Source of the DNA: Polyangiaceae bacterium
GTDB taxonomy: Bacteria; Myxococcota_A; Polyangia; Polyangiales; Polyangiaceae
Assembly: GCA_044222475.1 (NCBI GenBank)
Contig: JBGANF010000023.1
Coordinates: forward strand, 15,373 to 79,372
Direction of reading: 5' to 3'
Length of the DNA: 64,000 bases
Shown here in pieces: positions 9,954-19,234 of this stretch (its first letter is position 1; each line of letters starts with the position of its first letter). The translations under genes and the position numbers were made by a program. Below the pieces are notes generated by a model, which had not been told where the DNA came from, made no database searches, and was given only the letters and a program-made list of their open reading frames with translations.

Positions 9954-9965
9954 TACATCGGCGCG

Positions 9966-10721
9966 ATGCGTCCCGATTCGCGCGCTCTCGATGCTCACCG
10001 TCCCGTGGAGATGATCTGCGGATTCCACCGCTTCGCCGAAGGCTCCGTGCTGTATCGCGCGGGCCACACCGTCGTCCTATGCACCGCGTCGATCGACGAC
10101 AAGGTCCCGCCGTTCCTCGAGGGCAAAGGCAAGGGGTGGCTCACCGCCGAGTATCAGATGCACCCGCGCGCGAACCCGCAGCGACGTGAGGCGCGCGACG
10201 GGCGCGGCAAAGCGCCGAGCGGACGCACGCAGGAGATCCAGCGACTCATCGGGCGCGCTCTCCGCGCCGCGGTGGAGCTCGACGATCTCGGCGAGCGCAC
10301 GATCGCGCTCGACTGCGACGTCCTCGAAGCCGACGGCGGTACCCGCACCGCGTCGATCACCGGCGGCTTCGTCGCGCTCGCGCTCGCGGTCGACAAGCTG
10401 ACGAAGAAGGGCACGCTGACGAAGAAGGTCCTCCGCGACAGCGTCGGCGCCACGAGCGTCGGCTGCGTCACCGGCGACGATCTCGCGCTCGATCTCGTCT
10501 ACCTCGAGGACTCGAAGGCGCGCGTCGATCTCAACGTCGTCGCCACCGGCGACGGAGGCATCGTCGAGGTCCAAGGCACCGCCGAAGGCGAAGCCATTCC
10601 GCGGTCGACGCTCGACAAGATGGTCGATCTGGGTCTGTCGGGGATCAAGAGCCTCACCCAGATCCAGCGCGAGACGCTGAAGAACGCCGGCGTCGACCTC
10701 GACGCGCTCCTGCGCGCGTAG
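9966..10721 (+). CDS. rph: Ribonuclease PH
   Basis: GWLTAEYQMHP, GRTQEIQRLIGRALR, DCDVLEADGGTRTASITG, VEVQGTAE. Confidence 0.97.
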   Translation: MRPDSRALDAHRPVEMICGFHRFAEGSVLYRAGHTVVLCTASIDDKVPPFLEGKGKGWLTAEYQMHPRANPQRREARDGRGKAPSGRTQEIQRLIGRALRAAVELDDLGERTIALDCDVLEADGGTRTASITGGFVALALAVDKLTKKGTLTKKVLRDSVGATSVGCVTGDDLALDLVYLEDSKARVDLNVVATGDGGIVEVQGTAEGEAIPRSTLDKMVDLGLSGIKSLTQIQRETLKNAGVDLDALLRA

Positions 10722-10733
10722 GATACTCGGCGC

Positions 10734-11420
10734 GTGAGCGGCAAGGTCACAGAGGGCTCGCGGCATGCGCTGCTCGTCGCGACGAAGAATCGCGGCAAGC
10801 TCGTCGAGCTTCGCGCGCTCCTCGCGGACCTTCCAGTGGACGTCGTCTCGGTCGACGAGGCGGGCGCGGGCGGGCTCGTGGTCGTCGAGGACGGCGCGAC
10901 GTTCGAGGCGAACGCTACGAAGAAAGCGCTCGCGTACGCCGGCGCGACGATGATGCTGACGCTCGCCGACGACTCGGGTCTCGAGGTCGACGCGCTCGGC
11001 GGCGCGCCCGGCGTGCGCTCGGCGCGCTTCGCGGGCGAGACGGCGACCGATGCCGAAAACAACGTCGCGCTCCTCGCCGCGCTCGAAGGTTCCTCGATCA
11101 CGATGCCGCCCGAACGCGGCGCGGGCGGCTACCCGGCGCGGTTCCGCTGCGTGCTCGCGCTCCACGATCCCTACGCCAACGCGCCGCCGACGATCGTCGA
11201 GGGCGTGTGCGAGGGCGGGATCGTCGGCTCGCCGCGGGGTGGCGGTGGGTTCGGCTACGATCCGTTGTTCCTCGTCGCCGGACGCGACCAGACGATGGCC
11301 GAGCTCGACAAGGAGAAGAACGAGATCAGCCATCGGGCGCGCGCGTTCGCCAAGGTCAAACCGCTGATCGAGAAGCGCATCCACGCACGCGACGAAGCGA
11401 TTCGGCGCATCGTCGGCTGA
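10734..11420 (+). CDS. rdgB: Non-canonical purine NTP pyrophosphatase (HAM1/RdgB)
   Basis: ATKNRGK, ADDSGLEVDALGGAPGVRSAR, FGYDPLF, KNEISHRARA. Lies downstream of rph. Confidence 0.97.
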   Translation: MSGKVTEGSRHALLVATKNRGKLVELRALLADLPVDVVSVDEAGAGGLVVVEDGATFEANATKKALAYAGATMMLTLADDSGLEVDALGGAPGVRSARFAGETATDAENNVALLAALEGSSITMPPERGAGGYPARFRCVLALHDPYANAPPTIVEGVCEGGIVGSPRGGGGFGYDPLFLVAGRDQTMAELDKEKNEISHRARAFAKVKPLIEKRIHARDEAIRRIVG

Positions 11421-11432
11421 GGGTCGACCACG

Positions 11433-11783
11433 ATGACGCCGATGTCTCCCTCTGGATGGAAAGCCCTCGGGCGCTACGGAAGCGTCGGCTTCGAGCTGCT
11501 CGCGTCGATCGCGATCGGCTTCTTCGTGGGCCGTTGGCTCGACCGCCATTTCGGCTGGACCAGCGTGGGGACCATCGGCGGAACCATCCTCGGGACGTAC
11601 ACCGGCTTCCGAACCCTGTTCAAACGCGCGAAGGAGGCCGAGCGCGAGATGGACCGCGAGGACGCCGAGGCGCGGCGGCTAGCGCGAGAAGAAGAAAAAA
11701 TTTCGCGCCTCAAGGACGACGACGAGGCGGACCGGAAGGACGCCGTGAAAAGCGAAGACGAGGACGACGAGGAGGGGCCGTGA
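11433..11783 (+). CDS. atpZ: AtpZ/AtpI-family (ATPase gene 1) membrane protein
   Basis: Pattern VGFELLASIAIGFFVGRWLDRHFG. First gene of the F0 cluster. Confidence 0.85.
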   Translation: MTPMSPSGWKALGRYGSVGFELLASIAIGFFVGRWLDRHFGWTSVGTIGGTILGTYTGFRTLFKRAKEAEREMDREDAEARRLAREEEKISRLKDDDEADRKDAVKSEDEDDEEGP

Positions 11784-12181
11784 TGGGCAAGCTCTTCGCC
11801 GATTTCGATCCGCGCCTCCGCACGACGATGTTCGTCGTGCTCGCGCTGGGGACGCTGCTGGCGCTGATTGGGGGCACGAAATTCGGCTTCCAGGCGGGCC
11901 TGTCGGTGGCGGTCGGCGCCGGGGCCGCAGCCGCGAACCTGTACGCCCTCGCGAAAATCATTCGCGCTTTGACGACCCCCGGAGCGACCCGAAGCGTCGC
12001 CGGCTGGTCGATCGCCTTTGCGCTCAAGCTGGTCTTCCTCGTGGGCGGGCTCTGGCTCCTCCTGACGTGGGGAGTGGTGTCGACCCTGCCCTTGCTGATC
12101 GGCTATGGAACCCTACCGATTGGGATTGCCATCAGCTCGCTCGTGAGCGACAAAGCGGACGACGGTTCGTCCGAAGACTGA
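11783..12181 (+). CDS. atpI: ATP synthase subunit I (four-TM accessory protein)
   Basis: ATG overlaps the atpZ TGA. Four hydrophobic segments, located between atpZ and atpB. Confidence 0.75.
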   Translation: MGKLFADFDPRLRTTMFVVLALGTLLALIGGTKFGFQAGLSVAVGAGAAAANLYALAKIIRALTTPGATRSVAGWSIAFALKLVFLVGGLWLLLTWGVVSTLPLLIGYGTLPIGIAISSLVSDKADDGSSED

Positions 12182-12195
12182 GATTCGCCTCCGCC

Positions 12196-13068
12196 ATGCC
12201 CGAACATACGTCCTGGTTCAGCTACCTCCTCGAATGGCTCATCGGTCACACCGCGCTCGAGCAGAACTTCCACTCCATCTTCGGGAGCTCGGTCTTCGGT
12301 AAGCCGGTCGGCGCGCACGCCGCCGAGCCGATCACGGCGAGCCTCTTCGTCGTGCTCCTGCTCGTCGCGCTCGCCGCGACCGTCGGGCCGAAGCTGCGCG
12401 ACTACAAGAACTCGATCATCCCGGACGAGAAGCTGACCCTGCGGACCTTCTTCGAGGTCTTCATCGGGTACTTCTACGACATGATGAAGGCGATGATGGG
12501 CCCGAAGCGGGCCAAGCAGTTCTTCCCGCTCATCGGGACGGCGGCCTGCTTCATCTTCTTCGCGAACTTCCTCGGGATGATCCCCGGATTCCTTCCGCCG
12601 ACGGCGAACTGGAACATCACCTGGGGCTGTTCGATCGTCGTCTTCGTGATGTTCAACTACTACGGCCTGCGGGAGAACGGCTTCGCCTACCTGAAGCACC
12701 TCGCCGGCCCGTGGCTCGGGTGGCCCTACATCCCGATCAACATCCTCGTCCTCTTCATCGAGATCTTCGCCACCTGCCTGCGCGCGGTGACGCTCTCGAT
12801 GCGTCTCATGATCAACCTCGCCGTCGACCACCTGATCCTCGGCGTGTTCATCGGCCTCGTCGTGCTCGTGGTTCCGATGTTCCCGATGGCGCTCGGAACG
12901 ATCGTCGCGGCGGTCCAGACGCTCGTGTTCTGCCTCCTCAGCTCGATCTACATCACGCTCGCGACCGAGCACGAGCACGACCACGAGCCGGGCCACTCCA
13001 AGGACCACGATGGCGGCCACGGCGAAGGCGAAAAACACGAGGACGAGGGCGAAGAGGCCCACGCCTGA
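12196..13068 (+). CDS. atpB: F0F1 ATP synthase subunit a
   Basis: IFFANFLGMIPG, PPTANWN, conserved TLSMRLMIN, VQTLVFCLLSSIYI. In-frame ATG at 12196. Confidence 0.95.
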   Translation: MPEHTSWFSYLLEWLIGHTALEQNFHSIFGSSVFGKPVGAHAAEPITASLFVVLLLVALAATVGPKLRDYKNSIIPDEKLTLRTFFEVFIGYFYDMMKAMMGPKRAKQFFPLIGTAACFIFFANFLGMIPGFLPPTANWNITWGCSIVVFVMFNYYGLRENGFAYLKHLAGPWLGWPYIPINILVLFIEIFATCLRAVTLSMRLMINLAVDHLILGVFIGLVVLVVPMFPMALGTIVAAVQTLVFCLLSSIYITLATEHEHDHEPGHSKDHDGGHGEGEKHEDEGEEAHA

Positions 13069-13210
13069 AGCGGGCCTCCAAAAGCCTCTTCCCTCGGACG
13101 GAAAAAAGCACTACCTAGCGTCCCGCAGCACACGACTTCCGCGCCCCGGCTCAGCCGGCAGAGCGCACTTTGCATCCCACGATTCGCGAAAAGAGAAGGA
13201 GCCCCTGACG

Positions 13211-13549
13211 ATGTCGCTCAACAACGCCCTCACCCGCAAGCTCGTCCCGACGATGGCTGGTCTCGCCGTTTTCCTGATCCCCGTCGTGGCCATGGCGGAA
13301 GAGAAGGGCGCGTCCAACGAGAACGACATGAAGATGGCCGCCTACATCGGCGCGGGCATCGCGGTCGGTCTCGGCGTCCTCGGCGGTACCCTCGGCCAGG
13401 GGCGCGCAGCCGCCTCCGCGCTCGAAGGCATCGCCCGCAACCCCGGCGCGGCCTCGAAGATCCAGACCCCGATGATCCTCGGCCTCGCCCTCATCGAGTC
13501 GCTCGTCCTCATCGCGTTCGCCATCGCCTGGCAGCTTCAGGGCAAGTGA
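13211..13549 (+). CDS. atpE: F0F1 ATP synthase subunit c with N-terminal signal-like extension
   Basis: Gly-rich helix, ARNP loop, conserved Glu in LIESL. A/G-rich RBS GAGAAGGAG upstream of ATG 13211. Confidence 0.97.
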   Translation: MSLNNALTRKLVPTMAGLAVFLIPVVAMAEEKGASNENDMKMAAYIGAGIAVGLGVLGGTLGQGRAAASALEGIARNPGAASKIQTPMILGLALIESLVLIAFAIAWQLQGK

Positions 13550-13587
13550 ACGCAACGCGCTCCGCTCGCGCAAGCGAGTGAGCGAGG

Positions 13588-13622
13588 AAAAGCTCTCCTC
13601 CGGTCACGGAGGGGAGCTTTTT
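13588..13622. terminator. Bidirectional intrinsic terminator between atpE and the convergent ABC transporter
   Basis: AAAAGCTCTCCTCCG-GTCA-CGGAGGGGAGCTTTTT stem-loop with A and T tracts on either side. Confidence 0.9.
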
Positions 13623-13627
13623 CGTTT

Positions 13628-15415
13628 TCAGCGATACCCCTCGGCCTGCAGCTCGAACATCTTCGCGTAGCGACCGTGCGCCGCGACGAGCGAGTCGTGG
13701 GTGCCTTCCTCGACGACCTTGCCCTGCTCGAGGACCACGATGCGGTCGGCCATGCGCACCGTGGGAAACCGGTGCGAGATGACGATCGTCGTGCGTCCGT
13801 CCGCGAGCTCGCGGAAGCGCTGGAAGACCGCGTGCTCGGCCTTGGCGTCGAGCGCAGCGGTGGGCTCGTCGAGGACCAGCACGTCGGCCTCTTCGCGCAT
13901 GAACGCGCGCGCGAGCGCGATCTTCTGCCACTGCCCGCCCGACAGCTCGGCGCCGTCCTTGAACCAGCGACCGAGCTGCGTCTTGCCCTTCGCGGGCAAG
14001 GCATCGATCACCTCGCGCGCGCCGCCCCGCACCATCGCGCGGTCGAGGCGAGGCTCGTCGGACAGGTGGCCGACGCTCCCGACCCCGACGTTCTCGCCGG
14101 CGGGGAGCTGGTACTGCGCGAAGTCCTGGAACACGACGCCCAGGCGCTCGCGTAGCGTCACTTCGTCGATCGTGCGGAGGTCGCGCCCGTCGAGGAAGAT
14201 GCGGCCCTTGGTCGGCTCGTAGAGGCGCGCGAGGAGCTTCACGAAGGTCGTCTTGCCGGCGCCGTTTTCGCCGACGAGGGCCACGCTCTGGCCGGCAGGG
14301 ATGAAGAGGCTCACGTCGTCGAGCGCGGGGGTCTGTTTCCCCTCGTACGTGAACGTGACCCCCTCGAAGCGGATGCCCTTCTCGTCGCGCTCGGGGGTGC
14401 TCTCGTCCTTCGGCGACGGCGCGTTCTTGGTGGGCCGCTCGAGGAACCGGAACAGGTTCGACATGTAGAGGTTGTGCTCGTAGATGCTTCCGATGGCGCC
14501 GAGGACCGCGCTCAGCGAGGACTGGCCGCTGCGGAACGCCGTCACGTAGAGCGTCATGCTGCCGAGGGTGAGCAGGCCGGCGGCGGCGCCGATCGCCATC
14601 GACGCGTACGTTCCGTAGAACACGAGCGTCGCGAGGAGCGAGAGCCCGTGCGACAGCGCCGCGCGCCGCACCGCGAGCTTCTTGTCCTCTTCGTAGAACT
14701 TCTCGGCGAGCTCCTGGTAGCGCCCGAGGAAGAGCGACGCGAGGCCAAAGAGCTTCACCTCTTTGGCGTGCTCGTCGTTGGCGAGGACGTGCTCGTAGTA
14801 CATCAAGCGGCGGGTCTCGGGAGACCGCCAGTTGCGGAGACGAAACATCGTCTTCGAGGTGCGCATCTCGGCGATGGTGGCGGGGATCGCGGCGAGGACG
14901 AGGAGCCCAGCGGCGAGAGGGCTGTAGCGGAAGAGCAGCGCGGCCCAGCCGACGAGGGTGAACGCGTTCTGCACGAGGGAGAACGCCTCGGTGACGAGCG
15001 CGACCGGGCGCGACGAAGCCTCGCGGCGCGCGCGGGTCAGCGAATCGTACGCCTCGGGATCCTCGAAGTCGCGGAGCGACATCGCGGTCGCACGGGCGAG
15101 GATCGCGACGTTCACGTCCACGCCGAGGCGCGCGCCGAGGACGCCGCGGATGAGGCTCAAGCTGCGCTGCGTGGTCGCCTGCGCGAAGACGGCGCCGAGC
15201 TCGAACGCGACCCACACCAGCGTCGCGTCGCGATCGTGCGCGACGATCGCGTCGACGATTCGCTTGCCACCCCAACCGATCGCGAGCGGGACGACCGACG
15301 CGAGGAGCGTGAGCGCGGCGAGGCCCAGCGTCATCGAGCGCGACACGCTCCACACGAGGCGAAGCGTCGCCCGGATGTGGGCAAGGGATTCGCGCAGGGA
15401 CTTCAGCCAGGCCAT
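13628..15415 (-). CDS. ABC transporter, fused permease/ATP-binding (exporter type)
   Basis: N-terminal TM domain, Walker A GENGAGKT, LSGGQWQ signature, LDEPT, ISHR. Confidence 0.95.
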   Translation of the reverse strand: MAWLKSLRESLAHIRATLRLVWSVSRSMTLGLAALTLLASVVPLAIGWGGKRIVDAIVAHDRDATLVWVAFELGAVFAQATTQRSLSLIRGVLGARLGVDVNVAILARATAMSLRDFEDPEAYDSLTRARREASSRPVALVTEAFSLVQNAFTLVGWAALLFRYSPLAAGLLVLAAIPATIAEMRTSKTMFRLRNWRSPETRRLMYYEHVLANDEHAKEVKLFGLASLFLGRYQELAEKFYEEDKKLAVRRAALSHGLSLLATLVFYGTYASMAIGAAAGLLTLGSMTLYVTAFRSGQSSLSAVLGAIGSIYEHNLYMSNLFRFLERPTKNAPSPKDESTPERDEKGIRFEGVTFTYEGKQTPALDDVSLFIPAGQSVALVGENGAGKTTFVKLLARLYEPTKGRIFLDGRDLRTIDEVTLRERLGVVFQDFAQYQLPAGENVGVGSVGHLSDEPRLDRAMVRGGAREVIDALPAKGKTQLGRWFKDGAELSGGQWQKIALARAFMREEADVLVLDEPTAALDAKAEHAVFQRFRELADGRTTIVISHRFPTVRMADRIVVLEQGKVVEEGTHDSLVAAHGRYAKMFELQAEGYR

Positions 15416-15473
15416 GGATCAGGAGCATCGTGCGCCCGAACCGGCCGGCGCGCACCTGGTCGAATTGTCGGGC

Positions 15474-17189
15474 TTACTTTCGGCGTGCGCGGATCAGGTC
15501 ACCGATCCAGTGCCCGACGAGGCCGACGGCCGCGAGGCTGATCATCGTGATGCCCCACGGATCGCGGCCGCCGTGCAGGAGGACGGCGCCGCTGAGGAAC
15601 AAGAGGCCGATGATCGCCCCCGAGAAGACGCGACGACTGGCGCGATCGAGGATGCCGTGCATCCGGGGATCGCCCGTGCGGAGCATGAGGCGCCCGAGCC
15701 GGAGATCGTCGAGGACCTCGCGGAGCTGGAGCGGGAGATCGCTCCCGGCGCGGCTGATCTGCTCGAAGTTCCGCCAGAGCTCCATCCCGATGCGCTCGGG
15801 CGAGTAGCGCTGCTTCAGAAGCTCGGTGAAGTACGGCTGCGCTTCACCGAAGACGTCGAGATCGGGATCGAGCTCCTTGCCGATGCCCTCGATCGTCATG
15901 ATCGCCTTGCCGACGAGCATGAAGTCCGGCGGAATCTCGAGGCCGTACTTCATCGCGCCTTGCACGAGATCACGGATCATCGAGGAGAGGTCGATCTCGC
16001 GCAGCGGCCGGCCGAGGTACTTCTCGGCGAGGAGCGCGACCTCTGCGCGGTACTCGCGCATCTCGATCTTTTTCGTGGGGCGGCCGATCAAGTAGAGCGC
16101 GTCGGCGACTGCGTACGGATCGTTGCGTGCAGCGGCGACCATCAGGTCGATCGTACGATCGCGAAGGTCGGGGCTCAGACGCCCGACCATGCCGGCGTCG
16201 ATCAAGCCGACGACCGGCGCGTCGTCGTCGCCGATGATGATGATGTTCCCCGGGTGCGGATCGGCGTGGAAGAAGCCGTCCTCGAAGATCATCTTGATGA
16301 TCACGCCGACGGACTGCTTCGCGATCTTCTTGCCGTCGGCGCCCGCTTCGACGGCCTTCGTGACCTTGAGCCCCGGGAAGAACTCCTGGGTGAGGACCTG
16401 CTTCGACGTCGCCTTGCGGTGGATCTTGGGAAAGCGAACGTGCGGATGTCCGCTGAAGTTCTTGCCGAAGCGCTCGGTGTTCTCCGCCTCGACCAGGAAG
16501 TTGAGCTCGCTCTTGATGGAGCGGTCGAACTGCTGAACGAGCGCGGTCGGCGAGTAGATCTTGGTCTCGGGGACGGCGCGCTCGAGAGCGGCCGCGAGGA
16601 CGTGGAGCAGGTCCAGGTCGCGTGCCACCGTGTCGGCGACGCCGGGGCGCTGGACTTTCACGACGACCTCTTCGTCGCCCGCGTCGGTGCGGAGCGTCGC
16701 GCGGTGGACCTGGCCGATGGACGCGGTCGCCAGCGGCTTCTCTTCGAAGCGCAGGAACGTCTGGCTCAAGGGCGCGCCGAGGCTCTTCTCGACCTGGGCC
16801 TTGATCTCCTCGAACGGGACGGCCGGGACGTCGTCTTGGAGCTTCTTGAGCTCCGTGATGATGTCGGCCGGGATGAGGTCGGGACGCGTCGACGCGATCT
16901 GACCGAGCTTGATGAAGCTCGGCCCGAGCTCTTGCGCCACGAGGCGGATGCGGACCGGCGTCGAGACATTCTGCTGGGCCTCGTCGCCCTTGGCGAGCTC
17001 GCCCTCGGCGATCTCCAGGACCTCGCCGGCGCCGGACGGCGGCGGCTCGCTCTGCCCGCTCGGCTTCTCTTTCTTCCGGCGGCCGACCCCGATGCGGGTG
17101 ACGATCTCGCCGAAGCCATGGCGCACGAGCACCGTGGTGATCTCGCGCATCCGCCCGAGATCACGAACTGCGCCGAGGACGGAAACCAA
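15474..17189 (-). CDS. ubiB: UbiB/AarF (ABC1) family atypical kinase
   Basis: LGPSFIKLGQ, LATASIGQVH, VKVQRPG, FFHADPHPGN, IDAGMVG, C-terminal TM helices. Confidence 0.85.
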   Translation of the reverse strand: MVSVLGAVRDLGRMREITTVLVRHGFGEIVTRIGVGRRKKEKPSGQSEPPPSGAGEVLEIAEGELAKGDEAQQNVSTPVRIRLVAQELGPSFIKLGQIASTRPDLIPADIITELKKLQDDVPAVPFEEIKAQVEKSLGAPLSQTFLRFEEKPLATASIGQVHRATLRTDAGDEEVVVKVQRPGVADTVARDLDLLHVLAAALERAVPETKIYSPTALVQQFDRSIKSELNFLVEAENTERFGKNFSGHPHVRFPKIHRKATSKQVLTQEFFPGLKVTKAVEAGADGKKIAKQSVGVIIKMIFEDGFFHADPHPGNIIIIGDDDAPVVGLIDAGMVGRLSPDLRDRTIDLMVAAARNDPYAVADALYLIGRPTKKIEMREYRAEVALLAEKYLGRPLREIDLSSMIRDLVQGAMKYGLEIPPDFMLVGKAIMTIEGIGKELDPDLDVFGEAQPYFTELLKQRYSPERIGMELWRNFEQISRAGSDLPLQLREVLDDLRLGRLMLRTGDPRMHGILDRASRRVFSGAIIGLLFLSGAVLLHGGRDPWGITMISLAAVGLVGHWIGDLIRARRK

Positions 17190-17218
17190 CCTCGGCTCCT
17201 CAGCTCACGCGATCGCCG

Positions 17219-17752
17219 TCACTTGGCGCAGGTCTTGGTCTCGCAGAGCCAACCCAGCGCAGCGTCGGTCACGCCCGTGCGGCACATGCAGACGTCGTAG
17301 AGCGGCACGACGTTCTCGGGGCAGGTCTTGCCCGTGTAGTAGCAGAGCTTGCCGGACGTCTTGCACGTCGTGCCGTCGGCGACGGTGACCGACGCGGGGC
17401 ACGCTTCGGCAGTCGGCGACGTGTTCTTGCAGAACGGGGCGACGTCGGTCGTGCCCGCGGGGATCACGTCCCCCAGCGAGGTCTTGCACTCGTAGGTGAG
17501 CGCGCCGTCGGAGCCCTTCAGGCAGGAGCACGTCGCCTGCTGAGCAAAGCCACCGGTGCAGTAGAAGCCGACTCCGCAGGAGTAGCCCTCGACGTTGCAC
17601 TTCGCGCCTGCGCCCTTTTGGATGGTGTCCGGACAGACCGGCTTCGGCGTCGGCGTCGGCGTCGTCGTCGGGTCGTCGGAGCAAGCGACGCCCAGGCCAA
17701 TGGCGCCAACCAAGAGAAGACCAGTGATAGCCGCGCGCGGGAGCGTCAACAT
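17219..17752 (-). CDS. Small Cys-rich lipoprotein
   Basis: In-frame ATG at 17752, lipobox GVAC, two imperfect Cys-rich repeats (CP...G..C...G..C...C.C.....C). Confidence 0.75.
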   Translation of the reverse strand: MLTLPRAAITGLLLVGAIGLGVACSDDPTTTPTPTPKPVCPDTIQKGAGAKCNVEGYSCGVGFYCTGGFAQQATCSCLKGSDGALTYECKTSLGDVIPAGTTDVAPFCKNTSPTAEACPASVTVADGTTCKTSGKLCYYTGKTCPENVVPLYDVCMCRTGVTDAALGWLCETKTCAK

Positions 17753-17939
17753 TCGAAGGAGTCCTTCCGAAAATGAGTGCCGGCGGTGTTTACCGAGCTT
17801 CGCGGCAAATCTCAACAACCACCTGTACGCGAACGCGACTTCGCGCAGCCATACGTTCAGGTGGCTGCCTCGGGAGGTCGGTTTTGTGCCCGTTTGACCG
17901 CCGGAGGGGCAAAATTGCGCCCCTGCTCGCCGTGGCGCT

Positions 17940-19220
17940 TCAGCGGACGCGAACCACGGTGCCTTTGTCGTTCGGGGCCGGGAGGATCGCCGCCATGCCC
18001 GCACCGAGCTTCGGACCAGTGAACCGAAAGAGCCAGCGCGCGTCGGCGGGCGCGAGGTTCACGCAGCCGTGGCTGTGCACGTGACCGAAGTCGCTGTGCC
18101 AGAAGACTCCATGGAGCGCGATCGCCTTGTCGAAGAACTGGACGTAGGGAACGTCCTCCATCGAGTAGCGATGATCGGCTTCGTCGGCCTCGAGGTTGTC
18201 CATCGTGCTCGTCGTGAGCTTGACCCAGATGCGGAACGTCCCCGGTCGCGTCGCGCTGTCGGTACCGGGTGCGCCCTTTCCAGTCGAGACGAGGGTGGCG
18301 AACACCGGCGACGTGCCCTCGTAGGCGACGAGCGTCTGCGTCGAGCGGTCGACGTCGATCCATCGCTCGCCCTCCGCCACGCCCGCGGGCAGCGGACCAA
18401 GCGTGGGCTTCGCGAGGACGCGGCGATCGATCCACATCGGCGGGGTCACGCCGTCGTCGGAGATGCGGACCATGGCGCCGGTGCCCGGTGAGCCTGCGCG
18501 CTCCTCGCGTACGGCGACGACCTCGAACTTGGCCCTCGTGCCCACCACTTTGCCCCGCGCGATCGACGCGTACACCGGGCTTCGATCGACGAGGACCCAG
18601 GCAAAGTCGAGGCTCGATCGCTCCTCACCGTGAAACCCGGAGGGGCGTACGGCGCCGAGGTCGCGCAAGGCGACCCACGGTCCGTGGTGAGTCCGCCCCC
18701 ACGTCTCGCCCCCCTTGATGCGCTCCTCCACGACCGCGACGGCGAAGCCCGGATCGAGCTGCTCGTCCGGTGCTTCGTCACCAGCGCGCGCCAGGTCGAG
18801 GTAGCCGTTCGCCCCTTCCTTGCCGACGAAGTAGTAGCGATACGGAAGGGCGTCGCTACCGGCGAGCGGCAGCCCGTCGCGCGACGCAGGGAGCGGGTCC
18901 GACGTGGAGAGCTCGACGAGGTCGGAGCACAGCCAGCCGCTCGTACCAACTTGGTAAAAACGACCGCCGCAACCGGGCCCTCGTGCGGCACCGTAGATGG
19001 GCAGCGGCATGCCGCCGATCGCGGTACCACGACGCTCGGAGTCACCGCGGGGCGCGAGGAGGATGGGCTGCTCGGAGCCTTTCGCCACGAGCGAGCGAGC
19101 CCAGGTCGGGAGGGGGATCTCGCCGGCCGGGCTCCACGGCGGGGTGGAGCCGTCGGCCCAAGCCGTGGCCGCAGCGGTGGCGGCGAGGAGGCCGAGGACG
19201 AGCCCACGAACGAAGCGCAT
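17940..19220 (-). CDS. L,D-transpeptidase (YkuD family)
   Basis: Signal peptide. C-terminal [10 protein letters not shown]...VSTG...ALHGVFWH...SHGCVNL catalytic His/Cys motif. Confidence 0.93.
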   Translation of the reverse strand: MRFVRGLVLGLLAATAAATAWADGSTPPWSPAGEIPLPTWARSLVAKGSEQPILLAPRGDSERRGTAIGGMPLPIYGAARGPGCGGRFYQVGTSGWLCSDLVELSTSDPLPASRDGLPLAGSDALPYRYYFVGKEGANGYLDLARAGDEAPDEQLDPGFAVAVVEERIKGGETWGRTHHGPWVALRDLGAVRPSGFHGEERSSLDFAWVLVDRSPVYASIARGKVVGTRAKFEVVAVREERAGSPGTGAMVRISDDGVTPPMWIDRRVLAKPTLGPLPAGVAEGERWIDVDRSTQTLVAYEGTSPVFATLVSTGKGAPGTDSATRPGTFRIWVKLTTSTMDNLEADEADHRYSMEDVPYVQFFDKAIALHGVFWHSDFGHVHSHGCVNLAPADARWLFRFTGPKLGAGMAAILPAPNDKGTVVRVR

Positions 19221-19234
19221 CGTGCGGTTGTCCC

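Noticed and set aside
5418..10067. 1549-aa minus-strand ORF
   Set aside because: Only the last ~325 aa look like a real protein. The rest is antisense to the histidine kinase or off-frame to the kinase gene, a high-GC shadow ORF.
13330..13549. Na+-translocating or N-ATPase assignment
   Set aside because: The Na+ motif is incomplete (ESL, with no T or Y) and the gene order is not that of an N-ATPase operon.
17780..17904. Assignment as 6S RNA, SRP RNA or a c-di-GMP/TPP/SAM riboswitch
   Set aside because: I could not match the diagnostic conserved motifs by eye. It is kept only as an unassigned candidate RNA.
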